A model generated the notes under the pieces. The model had not been told where the DNA came from. It was given only the letters and a program-made list of their open reading frames with translations, and ran no database searches. A stretch of DNA of 64,000 nt from Piromyces finnis finn (lineage: Eukaryota > Fungi > Neocallimastigomycota): contig MCFH01000078.1 in assembly GCA_002104945.1 (NCBI GenBank), positions 62,001 through 126,000 of the forward strand, read 5' to 3'. Of this stretch, positions 1 to 15,286 are shown one piece after another. The stretch's first letter is position 1, and every line of letters begins with the position of its first letter. Position numbers and translations under genes: made by a program.

Positions 1-224
1 AAAATGTTAAAAATCCTTATCATGCTAATGAGGAAGAGGAGGAGGAGGAAGAAGAAGAAGCAGATATTAATGAAGATTCTAGTGGTGAAATCCTATATAT
101 GTCTTTTGATAGAAAATCAAAAAGAAAAAATACCCAAATTGATTTAGATCATGATAACGATACTGACAATAACGACACTAAAAGTTCTAATCTTTCACCA
201 AATAATGTAAATTTTGAAATTTAA
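1..224 (+). CDS. 3' end of an unidentified protein (acidic, low-complexity tail); gene starts left of the window
   Basis: Frame 3 is open from the window edge: NVKNPYHANEEEEEEEEEEADINEDSSGEILYMSFDRKSKRK...NVNFEI, TAA at 222-224, then an A/T-only 3' region. Confidence 0.6.
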   Translation, partial: NVKNPYHANEEEEEEEEEEADINEDSSGEILYMSFDRKSKRKNTQIDLDHDNDTDNNDTKSSNLSPNNVNFEI

Positions 225-530
225 AAAAAAAAAAAAAAACTAACTAAAAAGTTTAATTTTTTTTTTTTTAATATTTATAATAGTTTTATTTTTTTAATTT
301 TTCCCTTTTTTTTTTATTTTTATTTTTTTTTTTTTAAAAAAAGTAGTATCATCATTTAGAATTTCTTTTTCTTTTTAAGTTATTTATTTTTCATCTTTTT
401 AAAAAATATTTATTTAAAAATAGTAATTATAATTAAATTTTAAATATAAATATAATTTAATGAATATATATATATATTTTTTTTTTTTGGCTTTTTTTAA
501 AAAAAAAGTAATAATAACAATATGAATATA

Positions 531-578
531 ATGAATAATAGCAATAATAATAGCAATAGCAATAGCAATAGCAATAGC

Positions 579-674
<96 letters not shown>

Positions 675-675
675 T
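531..675. repeat. (AAT)n microsatellite with AGC-containing interruptions
   Basis: Direct reading of the sequence. Confidence 0.95.
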
Positions 676-798
676 GTATATTTATTTTTATTATATTATA
701 GATTATAAAAAAAGGTACTGACTTTTAATTTCTCTTTTTTTTTTTTTTTTTAATAAAGAGAAAAGAAATAAATATTCAGTATTAATAATATATTTTTA

Positions 799-840
<42 letters not shown>

Positions 841-1147
841 TTTTATTTTATTTTAATCATTGACATTATACTCGTCATCTCTTTATAAGTAGTCTTGATA
901 AAAAAAAATAAAGTAAAAATAACCAAAAGCAATATTTAAAGCAGATAGAAAAAAAACATTTATAAAATGCCTTTCCTATTTTTTTTTATTAAATATATGT
1001 GGCTTACATTTACAAATATATAAATACGCCGCATTATAGTTTTAAATTTTATTTCATTTTTAATTATTTTATTTTAATTTTTTTTTTTTTTAAATCCAAT
1101 TCATTTCATTTTTTCTATAATTTTAGGAAAAAAGAATAAAATTAAAA

Positions 1148-1937
1148 ATGATAACCAAAGAAGATAAAAATAAAGAAAGATTTCAATTGGAATTGGAATT
1201 TATTCAAATGTTATCCAATCCTTTATACCTTCATTGTAATTTTTTTTTTTTTTAAAAATTTGAAATTTATGAAATACATTGCTAAAAAAATATTTGTTTT
1301 TTTTTTTTTTTATATAAATCAAAATATATAAATAAATACACAATAATAACAACAACAATAAAAAGGGCTAGCCCAAGAAGGTTACTTTAATAAACCAGAA
1401 TTTATTAATTACCTTGAATATTTAAAATATTGGAAAAATGAAGAATATTCAAAATTTATAATGTAAAAATCTAGTTTTTTTTTTTTTTTTTAAAAAAATT
1501 ATTTATATGAATATAAATATGCATATATAGTAACAACAACAACAACAACAATAAATGTATCATTTGCTAAGTATATATATATATTATTAAACAAATGTAA
1601 TGGTTTAGGTTTCCATATTGTCTTGCTATATTAGATTTACTTCAACATAAAGAATTTCGTGATTCTTTAGCTAATAATGACTTTGCTTTAAATATACATA
1701 AAAAACAATTTAATCATGTATGTATTTTTTTTTATTCCTCAATCTCCTCCTCTTTTTACTCTTTTTTTTTTTTTTTTTAATTTATATAAAAGTTTTTTTT
1801 TCTAATTTTTTTTAAAAAAAATATATATTAATATTAATATTTTTTTTTTCAAATATAATATTTTCTATTAAAAAAAAAAAAAATAGTGGAAGTATTATAG
1901 ATATAATAAAAATCGTTCTTTAAAAATGAGTTTCTAA
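1148..1937 (+). CDS. MED31: Mediator subunit 31 (SOH1), 4 exons
   Basis: Exons 1148-1235, 1366-1462, 1609-1717 and 1887-1937 join in frame at GT-AG sites: MITKEDKNKERFQLELEFIQMLSNPLYLHWLAQEGYFNKPEFINYLEYLKYWKNEEYSKFIMFPYCLAILDLLQHKEFR..., the Med31/SOH1 signature. Confidence 0.95.
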
Positions 1938-2573
1938 AATTACTTTTATATACCAACAATTTTCTCCCTCCTTTTATAAGAAAAAGAAGAAAAGGAAAAT
2001 ATTTATTTATTTATTAGAAAAAAAAAAAAACGAAAAAAATACAATAATTTTGTTATATACATTTTTATTTTTTATAATTAGTTTTATATATTTTTAGGAA
2101 AAAAAAAATATTTTATTTATTAATAAATTATTATTCATTTCTTTTAATAAAAACAAACAACAACAACAACAAATATTTTTATCTTTAATAAAAAGTTTTA
2201 TATATAAATATATACCATTTTATAAAATGTGAATGAAATGTTTAATAAAAAATAAATTTCTAATAAGAATGTGTCTTTTTTTTTTTTTTTTTCTATATTT
2301 AAAAAAAATTATAATTTAAAATTTTAAAATTTTTAAAATTAATAAAATCTAAATTTTTTTTTAATTTTTTTTTTTTGGTAAAAATGATCCCTGAATAAAA
2401 AAAAATCTTTTTAAAAGTGTATCATTCATTTTTTTTTTTTTAAAGTAATCATAGTAATAATTATAAAATAAAATAATAACGACAGAGATAATCAGCAACT
2501 ATTATAAAATTATTATTTATATATAAATTGTCATAAGCATTAATCATTTTTAATTAAAATATTAAAAATAATT

Positions 2574-5500
2574 ATGTCAAATGAAATAAATAAATCTTTA
2601 ACTTCGTTATTCGACCAAGTATTATCATTACCTAATTCACGTATATCATCCGTAGGAGATCGTTTATCCTTTTTATCGGTGCCTTTAAAATGTTGTTATT
2701 ACAAGAATAAAATTTCAAATAATATTAATAATGAAAATCAATATTTAGATTATAAAAAGGTGTTAATTCCTTATTTTGAAAAGAAAAAGAAAAATAAAAA
2801 ATTAGGTAAATTTTTATTTTATCTATTTTAAAAAAAAGAACGGTTTTTATTAGTTTCTTTTAATAAAATGATGAAATAATGATCCTCATGTATTATAGAT
2901 AGATATATAAATAGATAGATAGATATATTATATATATATATAGGATTGATTAACTTATAAAATAATATTATATATGAATTGTTATTAACTATTTTTAATT
3001 ATTTTATATATGACGATATTAATTATATATATATATATATATAATTCTTTCTTTCTTTTCTTTTTCTCATTCTCCTTTTCTTTCTTTCTTTTTTTTTTTT
3101 TTAACTTCTGAATTATTGAATTTTTTCTTTTTTATTTATTATTCATTTTAATCATTAATGAAAAAAAATAAATATAAATAAAAATAATGAATATCACAAT
3201 TCAAAATATCATCCTAAACTATATTAATTTTTTTTTATTATTAATAATGGATGTGAAGAGGAATTACAAAATGTTCAAATCCCCGATGATTCTCAATGGC
3301 AATTGCTAAATCAATTAAGAATTGATGCATCAACACCAGAGAAATCTGAAAATGGTGCTGAAAAAATTATGAAGTACTTTTTTTTTTTTTTTTCTTTATT
3401 CTTCAATATATGTTTTGTATTATATATATTTCTTTTTTTTTTTTAATCTTAAAAATTATATGTATTATATATAACCTTTATAATTAAATTTCTTTTTTTC
3501 TTTTTTTTTAATTTCTATAATTATATATATAATTAAAAAAAAAAAGATATTATATGAATTTATTATCATTAGAAAAAAAGTTTCCATTTGGATCAGATAA
3601 AGTATGAACATTGATTTAAACTATTATAAATTTAGTAGTAATTATTATTAATTCCTATACAAATTTACATTAATATTGCAAAAAAAGGTAAAAATTGAAT
3701 TTTCATGGTCAGAAGCCTTTTCTCAAGATAAAACAAGTAAAATAAAAAATAAATATTTTATTTAATTTTTCTTTTTTTTTTTTTTTTTTTTTTAAATAAA
3801 TCAACATTATATTTAAATCTACTTTTTTTTGTTTTGTTTTGTTTTATTAATCTTTATATTAAAAGTGTCAATAAAATCAATTCAATATGAAAAGGCGTCT
3901 GTTCTTTTCAATTTAGGTGCTTTATATTCTCAATTAGGAACAATTCAAAATACTAATACGACCGATGGATTAAAAAAAGCTTCATTTTATTTCCAAGTAA
4001 ATATATATATATATACAAAAATATATACACTATATTTATTATTTAAATAATAATTGAAAAAAGAAAAATAAAAGAAAGAATGGAAAAGAAAAATATATAA
4101 AAAAAAGTTGTTATAGATTAATTCATTAATTATACTATCTGTTATAGAGGAATAAAAACTCAAAAAAAAAAATATTGTCAATAAATAATAAATAATAAAT
4201 AAAATTTTATATTCATTATCTATCTCTATTTTTAATATTAATTTAGAAATCCGCAGGAATATTCACCTATATAAGGGAAAATATTATTAATAGATTTAAA
4301 TTCAAACTTGAAAAATCAAGTGATTTATCCGAAGATAAATTAACTTGTATTATAAACATGTTATTAGCTCAAGCTCAAGAGTGTTATTTTGAAAAAGCCT
4401 TTATAGGTATATTCTTTAATAAAGGAAAAAATATATATATATATATATATATTATAAAAATTTAATTTTTTTTTCTTATTTATATTGTAATTTTTATTTT
4501 AATCTATCTATCTATCTATATATTCTTATTCAATCTATTTATTAATTTATCTATCTAAAAAAAAAAGATAAAATTAGTAGTCCAATTTTATCTATGGTTG
4601 CAGCTCAAACGTCAGATTATTATAAAATTGCGCATGAAAGAACTAAAAAGAATGGTCTTTTTTCAAAATCAATATTTCCAAATTTATGGATTACTCAATT
4701 AATAACAAAGAAATATTTATATGAAGCTATTGCTCATTTTCATTTAAATCCAACTATGACACCAGATAAAGCTTTAGGGGAACGAATTGCTCGTTTAATG
4801 ATCTCTAACAATTTAATTCAACAAACCCTGAAATATTCCAAAAAAATTGGTGGACCGTTAAATGAAGTTGTCAAGGATAATGAAAAAGTCATTTCAAGTG
4901 GTTTAATTATGGCGGAAGAAGCAAATAATTCAAAATACGATCAATTAATCGTTGATGCAAAATTATTATCCCCATTAAAGAAAACACCAAATGCTTTTGT
5001 TAGTCCAATTGAATTTGACAAACAACTTGTGGAAAGTTTAGATACTTTTTATGATATTTTTGTTAATACGGCTGCTACAGAAACTATCCTTTCTGATTCT
5101 TCCAATTCCACTCTTAATGAAGAAAATATTGATGATTATTCCGTAGATGATATTAATAGTAGTATTAATGAATTGAACAAGTAATAATAATATTCATTTT
5201 ATTTAATACATACAAATATACAAATATATTTATGAAAATGTTATTAAATAATAATTCAATTTATTTTGTTTAACATTTCAATTTTATTATTAATTTTAAC
5301 CTATTTCTATATATTTTTTATTTTTTTTTTTAAAAAAATAATGTTTAAAATATTATTAATATATTCTCGTTAAACGTATATAAAGATCAATATTAAACAT
5401 GAATGAAAGTATTAGAGGATTAAATTCGGTAAAAGAAGAAGTTAAAATTATAGTACCAAATAAAAAGGAATTATCTGGAAAAATTGATAAATTAATTGAA

Positions 5501-5690
5501 TCTATTAAACAACAACAACAAATTGAAGCAAAAAATGATAGTTCTGATTTATTAGATAATTTAAGTAATTTTCATTATAATATTAATGATAATATTCAAA
5601 AGGTAATCAATTTACATACAATTTATATATATATATATAATTAAATAATTTAAAAATTAAAAAAGAAAAATAATAATAATAATAACAATA

Positions 5691-5729
<39 letters not shown>

Positions 5730-6049
5730 GAAATATATAATAATTTATATTAATTTTTCATTTATTTTTAAATAATTTATATATATATATATAAAAAGAT
5801 TTATATTTTATTAAATAATATTGATACAAGTGAATTTCCAAATAATCCATCAGTTTTCACTCAAATTACGAAATTAAGATCCCAACTGAATGAAGCAGAT
5901 ATGCAATTTAGAGAAAGATCAAAACCTTTTCAAGATATTATAACTATTTATAATACTGATGTTATAAACTTTTCCATTAAGGATTGGAATGAAGTAAATT
6001 TAATTTTTTATATTAATTATTTAAATATTTAATAGATATATTTTATTGC

Positions 6050-6080
<31 letters not shown>

Positions 6081-6342
6081 TGAAATTATAAATAAATATT
6101 AATAATTTCCTCCCTTTGTTTTTAATAATATTAGGAAGATTTAAGAGATTTATTAAGTTTAGACTATAGTAAAAAAATAAATACTCAAATTGAAGAAGTA
6201 TATAAAAATCATTCCTTTTTAGTTGATGATGTTAATAAATTAAAAGATGATTTTAGTGAATTATCTTTAAGAGTTGATTCTATCAGTAATGGTAATTTTT
6301 TTTTTAACTCAAAAATTAAAATAAAAATAATATAGGGATTCA

Positions 6343-6376
<34 letters not shown>

Positions 6377-8730
6377 AAAAAACACTAAAATTTATTAATT
6401 ATTAAAACTTTTTTTTTTAAATATGAATAGAAAAATTAAAATGTGAAATTGCTAAATTGATAAAAATGAAAAAGAAATTATCGAAAAAAACAAGTGTATG
6501 TTAAAAAAAAAAAAGACATTAGAATAATATTATAAATGATAAAATATAAAAATAATATTTATAATTTTTTATTTTTTTTAATAATTTATTACTATTTATC
6601 TATCCAAATATATATACTATCACTTTATCATTAATAGGGATTAATATCCGAAATTAATAATTTGATTAATGATCTAAATGATCAAAATAAAATAGAAACT
6701 TTCCAAAATAAAGTCATTGCCCTTGAAACTTTCCGTAATCATGCTCAAGAAGAACTTCAAGTATATAAAAGAAATTCCCTTTATTTTTTTAAATATAATT
6801 ACAATTAAAACTATATTATTAAAGAAAAAAAAATTTTTTTATTAATTCTATTTATTATTTAAGAAATGTCAAGAAATATTTGGATTAACAGAAAGTGTTC
6901 TTAATCAATGTTATTATTTACCACTTAATCCTTGTGTTATGGAATTAGTTCCAGAAAAGTATTTAAGAATAAAAAACATTATAATTTTTTATTTTATTTT
7001 AAAAAATCTAATTATATATATATATCTTTTGATCCTACTATTATTAATAAAAAAATATTTTTTTTTTTTTTTTTAAAAAAAGTCTAAGAAAAGAAGCTAA
7101 TGATAATAAAAATAAAGTAATGTATTCAGAACCAGAACCCATGTCTTACTATTCAATGGATAATAATGAATATTATTCATTCCCATCTTCTCCACCATCG
7201 GTACTACCATCCGCACCACCATCAGTACCATTAGTTGCTTCGGCACCGTCGGCACCACCCTCTGCTCCTTCATTTATTAATGAAGATGAGGATTATGAAA
7301 ATGAAGAGTATAATGATAACAAAAACAATAGAGATGAAGAGATATATGATGATGATGATAATGATACTGAAAATAATGATGATACTAATAAAAAAGATTT
7401 CATACAACAACAATATCAACAGAATACCGTTCAAATTAATAATAAATTAGTTGAACCTTCAATAATTAAGAATGAAAATAATAATAAATTCAAAAAAAGT
7501 GAACCTACAAACACTAATACAATGGAAAAACAACCTATTATTAATCCAGTAAAAATTGATATTAAAAATCATATTAGAGGTTAGATTTTTATTTTATACA
7601 TTTAATTTTTTTTGAAAGTAATATTATTAATTTATATGTTTAATTTTTTATTTTTATTATCAAATACAGCAAGTACAGCAAATACACCATTGACAACAAG
7701 TAATGATAATAAGGGAATTAATATAAACAAAATATCAAAAAGAAATACTATTATTGAAAATTACAATAAAACTACCGAAATAAATACCACCACCACCACC
7801 GCTACTACTATCAATAATAATAATAATAGTATAAATAACACTTTAAATAGAAATTCAAAACAAAATGAATTTGCAAGGGTAAAAAAGAGATCATTATCAG
7901 AAAATGTTAATATGTTATCTAGTAATAATAAAGAAAGTGATAATAGCAATATTAATAATAATAACATCATCATCAGTAACAATAACGATAATAATAAAAT
8001 CACAACATCTATAGAAAATAACAATTTATTAAGCTTCTTAAAAGCTAAAAATAGGGTTCATGATAAAAGTAAAAGTGTGAAAGTGGAAAGTGATAAAATT
8101 AATGAAAATAAAATTAATAATGAAATTAATAATAAAGTTAATACTCTTAGTAATAGCATCAACAATAACAATAATAATAAAATTAACACCGTCAACAACA
8201 ACAACAACAATGTAAATATTAATATGAATATTAATAGGAATGCAAATAATAATGTAAATATTTCCTACCTTAAAAATTCAAAATCTGGTATTAGAAGTAA
8301 TCTTGTTAAAAGTAATGTTACCGCAGCAGTAAATGTTAAAGATAATACTGTAAAACAAACTCAAAATACTATGAATAATTATAATGATAATACCACAACT
8401 ATTGGTATTACCACCCTTTTAAATATTATGGATTTCCAAAATGGTCGAATGAAAGGTTTAGAAAATAAACAACATCTTCAAAATTCTCGTAAACCAAATA
8501 ATACAATGAATATGAATATGAATATGAATAATAATATAGTAGATAATAACAAAACAGCAAATTCAAAATCAGCATTTATGATTAAAAGTCCAATTCTTAA
8601 TAATAATAATAATAATAATATCAATAATAATAATAATATGATGGTAAAGGAATCTATTAAACCGGAAGATAAAAATCAAATAAAAAATAAAATTGTGAAA
8701 AAAGCTGTCGTTAAAAATTGGAAACTCTAA
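2574..8730 (+). CDS. BRO1-domain protein (ALIX/Bro1/PalA-Rim20 family) with helical V-like region and Pro/Asn-rich tail, ~14 exons
   Basis: LSVPLK; KIEFSWSEAF; IQYEKASVLFNLGALYSQLG; GLKKASFYFQKSAGIF; MLLAQAQECYFEKA; KKYLYEAIAHFH; ALGERIARL; AEEANNSKY are BRO1 motifs. Downstream exons join in phase through the SPPSVLPSAPP segment (7120-7580) to TAA at 8730. The acceptor of intron 1 (AG 3257-3258) is the least certain junction. Confidence 0.88.
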
Positions 8731-9202
8731 AAAAAACTTTTATAACAAATATTAAAAATAAAAAAATAAAAAAATAAAAATAAAAAAATAAAAATAAAAA
8801 ATATTTATAACATATTAAATTTTTTATTTATATTTATATATTTATATATACTTTGTATAGAGGAATAAATATGAATTTTAAAAAATGGGTAAACAAAAAA
8901 AAAAAAAAAAAATAAAAAATATATTATAAATTATAAGAAAAAAAAATAATAATAATAAAAAATAAAAAATAAAAAAAGATTAAGAAAAATTTTTAAATGA
9001 AAAAGTTTTATCCTTTTTTTAATTTAGAATTAATTTTTAAAGGTATTGATATATTTTATAGAATAAAAGAAAAAAAAATAAAAATTGTATGTATATTATA
9101 GTATATTGTCAATAGTATTTTTATATTTATTTAAACATTAGATGTATAATTCAAATAATATGAATTAAAATAAATTCATCTTTATGATTTTTTTTTTTAA
9201 AC

Positions 9203-10215
9203 TTATTCATCATTATCTTCATCATCATCATCATCTTCTTCTTCAAAAGTTTCTTCTATTCCACTTTCATTATTGATTTGATCATCACTATTGATTCTTT
9301 CTGAATCATCCTCTGTTTCATTATCTTTTATTTCATTTCCATCATCATCATCCTCTTCATCCTCTTCATTATCAGATGTGGCAATAGAACTATCATCTTC
9401 ATTTTCAACCATAGCTTCTAATTCTGCTTCTAAATCATTTGTGGAATCATCATTATCTTCACTGTAATAAGCATTTTCTGAATTTATATTACTATTGGTT
9501 TCACTTTCACTGTAAGATTGACTGATATCCTCAGATTCATCATTTATTGATTGACTATTATCTTCTTCACTATCATCATCTAAATGTTTTTTCTTTTTTT
9601 TATGATCTTCATCACCATTGTCATCCTCTTCTGATTCGGAATTACTGTTTTCATCATCTGAAGAATGAGTTTCATCTGTTTTTGTTGACGATCTTTTTCT
9701 TTTTCCTATTTTTGCTTTTTTAAAGTCTTCATCATTCTCATATTCATCATAATTAAATTGAACATCACCATCTTTACTTATTACTTTAACTTTACCACCA
9801 TATTTATTATCGTCGTTATCATCATTATCATCACTTTCATCGTTATCATCTAATGAGTAATTTGGATCTGGCATATTGTCATTATCATCATCACTTGGGA
9901 AATCACTATCATTGGTAAAACTATCATTATCATTACTATCTCCGATAGCTTCTTCAATTTCCATATCCATATCATCCCATTCATTAGATAATTCATTTAA
10001 ATCAACAAGAGGTTCAGCCATAATGCCCCTTATTATTTTATCATCATCTGTTAATATTTCATCATCAATATGAAAATTAGAATTCATATTAATGTCACTA
10101 TTATCAATGAAATCAAACATTTTTGAATCATCTTCATTAGATTCTGATTCAATGATATACTTTTCTTCGTCTTCTAATTTCCAGTTATATATTGATTGAA
10201 GGAGCCTTACAATGA

Positions 10216-10246
<31 letters not shown>

Positions 10247-10478
10247 CATCAATATTAACAATAATAATAAATAAAAAGTTGCTGTAGGAACAACAATAAA
10301 AGAAAATAACATAAAAGAAATGTTGAAAAAAAAAAAAAAAGATTAAATAATAATTAAAATATTGTATTAACTAATATTTACCATTCTGGTTTTACAATTT
10401 TTATACCAGGTATTCTTCTTGCTTGATTTACTTTAGTTGTACCATTCTAATATGTATAAATAAAAATATATAAAGTTG

Positions 10479-10526
<48 letters not shown>

Positions 10527-12900
10527 TAATATCTATTTTTATATCCATTTCTTTTTTTTTTTGGAATTAATAAATATTATCACATAAATTCAAAAATTCA
10601 AATAAATACCTTTCCTGCTACAACATGTGTTAATTCTGGGTTTACGGTAGTATAAGGTGTACCACCAAACAATATTGTTAAATTCCAGATATCAGTAGTA
10701 CTTGGATCTTGATTTAATGGAATTACACTACTAAATAGAATATTTTTTCCACCTAACACTTTATATCTCATATTTTTCATAATAGCTTGTACGGATATAT
10801 CTTTTTCTTTCTTATCATATTTTTCATAATAGGTTGTATGAATATTTTTTAATACTCTATTTACTACATCTAATTCACGATCATTATCAATTAATAATGA
10901 ACTTTTAGCTATTTCACTTTGTTCTGGAATTGGAATGTCTATTTTATTTTCTTCTTTTTCTTTTCCTTTTGAATCTTCTTTTTTATTATTACTTGTTTTA
11001 TCAGAGGATTGTTCCTTTAAAAATTATTATAAGACATATTAAGATTAAGGTACTAATACATTAGATCTATCAATAGTATATACTATTAAGTTATTTACCT
11101 TTTCTTGTTGTTGTTGTTGTTGACGTTGTATTAATGCAGCTGTATTATTAATATCCCCAATACCAACAAAGAAATTATCTATAGAATAAATCAAATTATA
11201 ATAACACTTAATTATTTTATTTTTCATAATGTCAATTTGGGAATTATTAAAATATAAATATAAATCAGTCTATTTACATGGTTGAACTTTAATGAGATTT
11301 TCAGACCAAGCCCATACATCAGCACGATCATCAATAACTACAACCATAGATTGATCACATGGGAATAGTCTTTGAATACTCTTTAATGCAAAACCTAATA
11401 AATTAATTTTGAGATTTAATAAAAAAAAAAAAAAGATATTATAATATAGCAGCAATAATAATAATAATATTATTATTATTTTATTATTGATATTAATATT
11501 TAAGTTTTAGTTTGTTTAAATAACTATAATAATAAAATAAATAATTAAATAATGATAATGTTATTTTGGAAATAATTTTAAAAAAAAAAACTAACTTCCA
11601 CTTTCATCTCTTGACAAAATTCTATTTCCAAAATATTCAGATGTTGGATCTATTATTTTAGCTATAGCATTAGCATAACTTCTAGTACCCATGGTATAAA
11701 TATGTAATTCATAATATTTATTCATTTCTTTTAAAAATTCTCGAACACCAGGACTATATATATATAAAGAAAAAAAATTAGAATTTTTTTTTTTTAATTT
11801 TATTCATTATATTTTAAATATTTTAATAAATAAATTGAATTTACCGTAATTTTATATAATAAATTGTTGCACTATCTGGTAGTACAAAATGATGAACATC
11901 CTTTAATACTTCATAATTTGGATTATTTGGATCATTTTGCCATTCACCTATAGTAGGATCAATGGTTGCATGTATAATAGTTTGGTCAAGATCCAATATT
12001 AAAGAGAGTTTCTTTTGTTTTATTAATCTACCAGTATTCTCTTTTTCTAACCTTTGTGCTTCCTATTTGTTAAAAAAAAAAAAAAACATAAAACAAAAAA
12101 ACAAATATAATATTAATTTTTCTTTTTCTTTTTTTTTTACTAATAAAAAAATATTTAATCGGTTAATTACGAATATTTTCTCTCTCTTTTTTTTAATATT
12201 ATTTATTTACATACTTGTTGACTAACAAATAATTCAGATGCATCATGTGCCATTCTAATAGTTGCTCTACTTGAATCTGATCCAGCAAAATCATCACTTT
12301 TTTAATAAAATACAAAAATTACCAGTTATTGTTGTTAATAACAAAGGCATTTATTATATATATATTTATATATTTACATTTCTATATTTTAATAATTAGG
12401 TATCAATAAAATATTTAATTAATACATTGAACAGTCTTTTCCACATAAACTACACATTCCTTTCCATTGTACTGCATGACTACAAGGTTCAACAACCTTA
12501 ATTACTGCAAAGCTATTTGTATATATCAATTTTTTTTTATTTTGATAATATAAAATATAGTATTAATGAGTATTTCCTTTTTGAGTATTTCGAAATTTTA
12601 ATGAATAGGGAAAAAAACTTTTTTTTTTTTTTGAGAAATATTCAATTACTTTTTAGTATCAATTACTTGACCAACTTTAATATTAATTTCTTCGATTTTT
12701 CCTAACACAGAACTTCTTAATTCTTCAATATTATTTCTTTCAAAAGAAATTAATTTTTGAGTTTCAGGATTATCCTCTGAAATTTCATATAAACAAATTA
12801 ATGTATTTTTATCGATTTGTTGATCCTTTTCAACTTTAACGGAAATAATTTTTGCAGGAAGATGTTGTTCTGGTATTTCTATTACACTTGTTGTTTCCAT
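9203..12900 (-). CDS. FCP1: RNA polymerase II CTD phosphatase Fcp1, multi-exon, with BRCT domain and long acidic C-terminus
   Basis: EPCSHAVQWKGMCVVCGKD; KKLSLILDLDQTIIHAT (DxDxT catalytic motif); KLRPGVREFL; LHIYTMGTRSYA; LFPCDQSMVVVIDDRADVW; BRCT-like LTHVVAGK...VKPEWLLQSIYNW. All junctions GT-AG and in phase. Confidence 0.95.
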
Positions 12901-13123
12901 TTTTATTCTTTATTGTATATATGAAATATTATTTTTCGAAAATATAAATTTTCTTTTTTGTTGCAATTTTTTAATTTTATATTCTTTCTATCGTCTTTTT
13001 TTTTTTTTTAATTCCTTTTCTATTATATTAATATATATGTATATAATTATAATATTTATTGTTATTATTCGAATTTATTTTAAAGGAATTTTAAATTATT
13101 ATAAATCTGAAATTTTGAAAATG

Positions 13124-13127
<4 letters not shown>

Positions 13128-13200
<73 letters not shown>

Positions 13201-13201
13201 T
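13128..13201. repeat. (AAT)n microsatellite
   Basis: Direct reading. Confidence 0.9.
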
Positions 13202-13716
13202 AATATCTTTTATCGAATCAAATAGATATATATATAAATATTTTTAATACACTTGAACAAGAAAAATGCTTATCGTTTAGACACCTTTTGAAGTTATAAG
13301 TAAAATTGATAAAGGAGGGGGAGAAAATAATTTAATTATATATATATATATATAAAATATTAGAAATTGTATTATTAATATAATGATAATATTAAAGAGT
13401 GTTTTAAATTTAACAATTATTTTTATTCTGTCTTGGTTTATTTATTATTCTTTTTAATTATTAAAAGATTGATCTATTTTTTTATTTTCAATATAAGCAT
13501 ATATATATTTTGTTCTTTCAAACATTTATAATAAATTAAATAGTATTAATATAGGTATAGGAAAATGTTTTTTTTTTTTTTTTTAAATTAAATTTTCTAA
13601 AAAAAAAAAGTTCCAAATTAAATAAAAATGATATATCCCATTTTAATTTATATTCTTTTGATATTGTAAAATAAATTGTTATTTTTATAATAATATTGAA
13701 TCTAAACTGAATAAGC

Positions 13717-13751
<35 letters not shown>

Positions 13752-15286
13752 AAAATGTTTGTATTTTTTCAATATTACGCGAAAAAATATTTAATTATTA
13801 TAATGACTTTATATTTCATTCCTTTAAATTATTTTGTTTATTATAAAAAATATTATAATGAGTAGCAAATAGAGTAAACGATAAACCTATCTGTTATAAA
13901 TATATATCTATATTTTTTATGATTTCTTTGTTGATTTTATTATCAAAATAAAATTACCTTTTTTTTTTTTAAAGAATAAAAAATAAAATTGAAAATATGC
14001 TTTTTTTAAAAAATTTATTTTTATTTGTACTTTTTTGGTATAATTTTTTTTATATAAAATTATTCCTTTTTCTCAAAAAAAAAAAAAAAAAAAAATTAAT
14101 TTTTGACTTGAAATTATGACAGGTAAAAGTGCCAATTTTATGTAATGATACCTTTTATATCATTACATTAACTAATTTTTAAGAGCATTTTTTAAAAGGA
14201 TAAAAGAAAACAGTTTGGTATTGAAATAAAACGGAGTAAAATTATATTATTATTAATTTAATACTATAATTTTTTAAATATTCAAGTTTTATGTTTCTTC
14301 CACCTTTTGATCAATAAATGTATAATCCATTTCAATTATTATATTATAATTAATAATTTGAAAATTAATGATTATTCAGATATAGAATTTAAACCTTTAA
14401 ACTATAATATAGTTTATATTTCTTAACATAATATAAAGCAATGATTTTTATTGCTTTTATGTCATCCTTTTTACATTAATAAGTTTAATAAAAATTACAA
14501 AAGAAATAAATTCTTTCCTAAAATATGTTTGAAAAAGATATGATAAATAAAAACTCATTTCAAAAAAATAATTAATGTTTGATATATTTTTTTTATTTTA
14601 TTCACCTTTTTCATTTCTTTTTACTTAATATTTAATATTGTTCTTTTTTTTAATTATCATTCTTTTTTTTTTTTTTTTTTTTTTACAATCATTTTAAAAA
14701 AAGACTGAATTATATAAAACAAGGTTTGTATAATAATAAAGTTTATGGAAATATTATATACTTTTTATTTTGAAGGAAATAGAAGAAAGTCCTTTTTATA
14801 CTATAACATTTAAAACTCTCTTTGAGAAAAGTGGATGTTAATTTGTGTGTAATATTCTATGATTAGAAAGAAACAAGCATTCATTATTATATAATACATT
14901 CTATTTGATGATTTCTAATTGATTATTCGATACACACTAAGTATCTTTAAGCATTGGATTATTTTTAAAAATATTGCAATAAAGATATATATATATATAT
15001 ATATTTTTTTTTGTCTGTCCTTATGAATGATTTTCTTTTACCCCTAATTAATTTAACTTTATCGTATTGTTGTTATTGTTATTAAAAATATTTTTAATCT
15101 TTTATGTTGATTTTATATATTCAAAAAATATTTATAACCTATAATTATTACCATTAATGCAGGTGGCAAAGAAGAAATTAAACTTGCTTTTTATAGTTTC
15201 TAATGTACAATTCCTATCTTGAGGATATTCACATTGAGTTTCATAAAGTAAATGAAAAGTGATGTTATATTATTTTGTATTCACCT

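Noticed and set aside
6431-6500. Apparent frameshift in a BRO1 exon
   Set aside because: The frame KLIKMKKKLSKKTS ends at a GTATGT donor in phase with the next exon, so no frameshift is needed.
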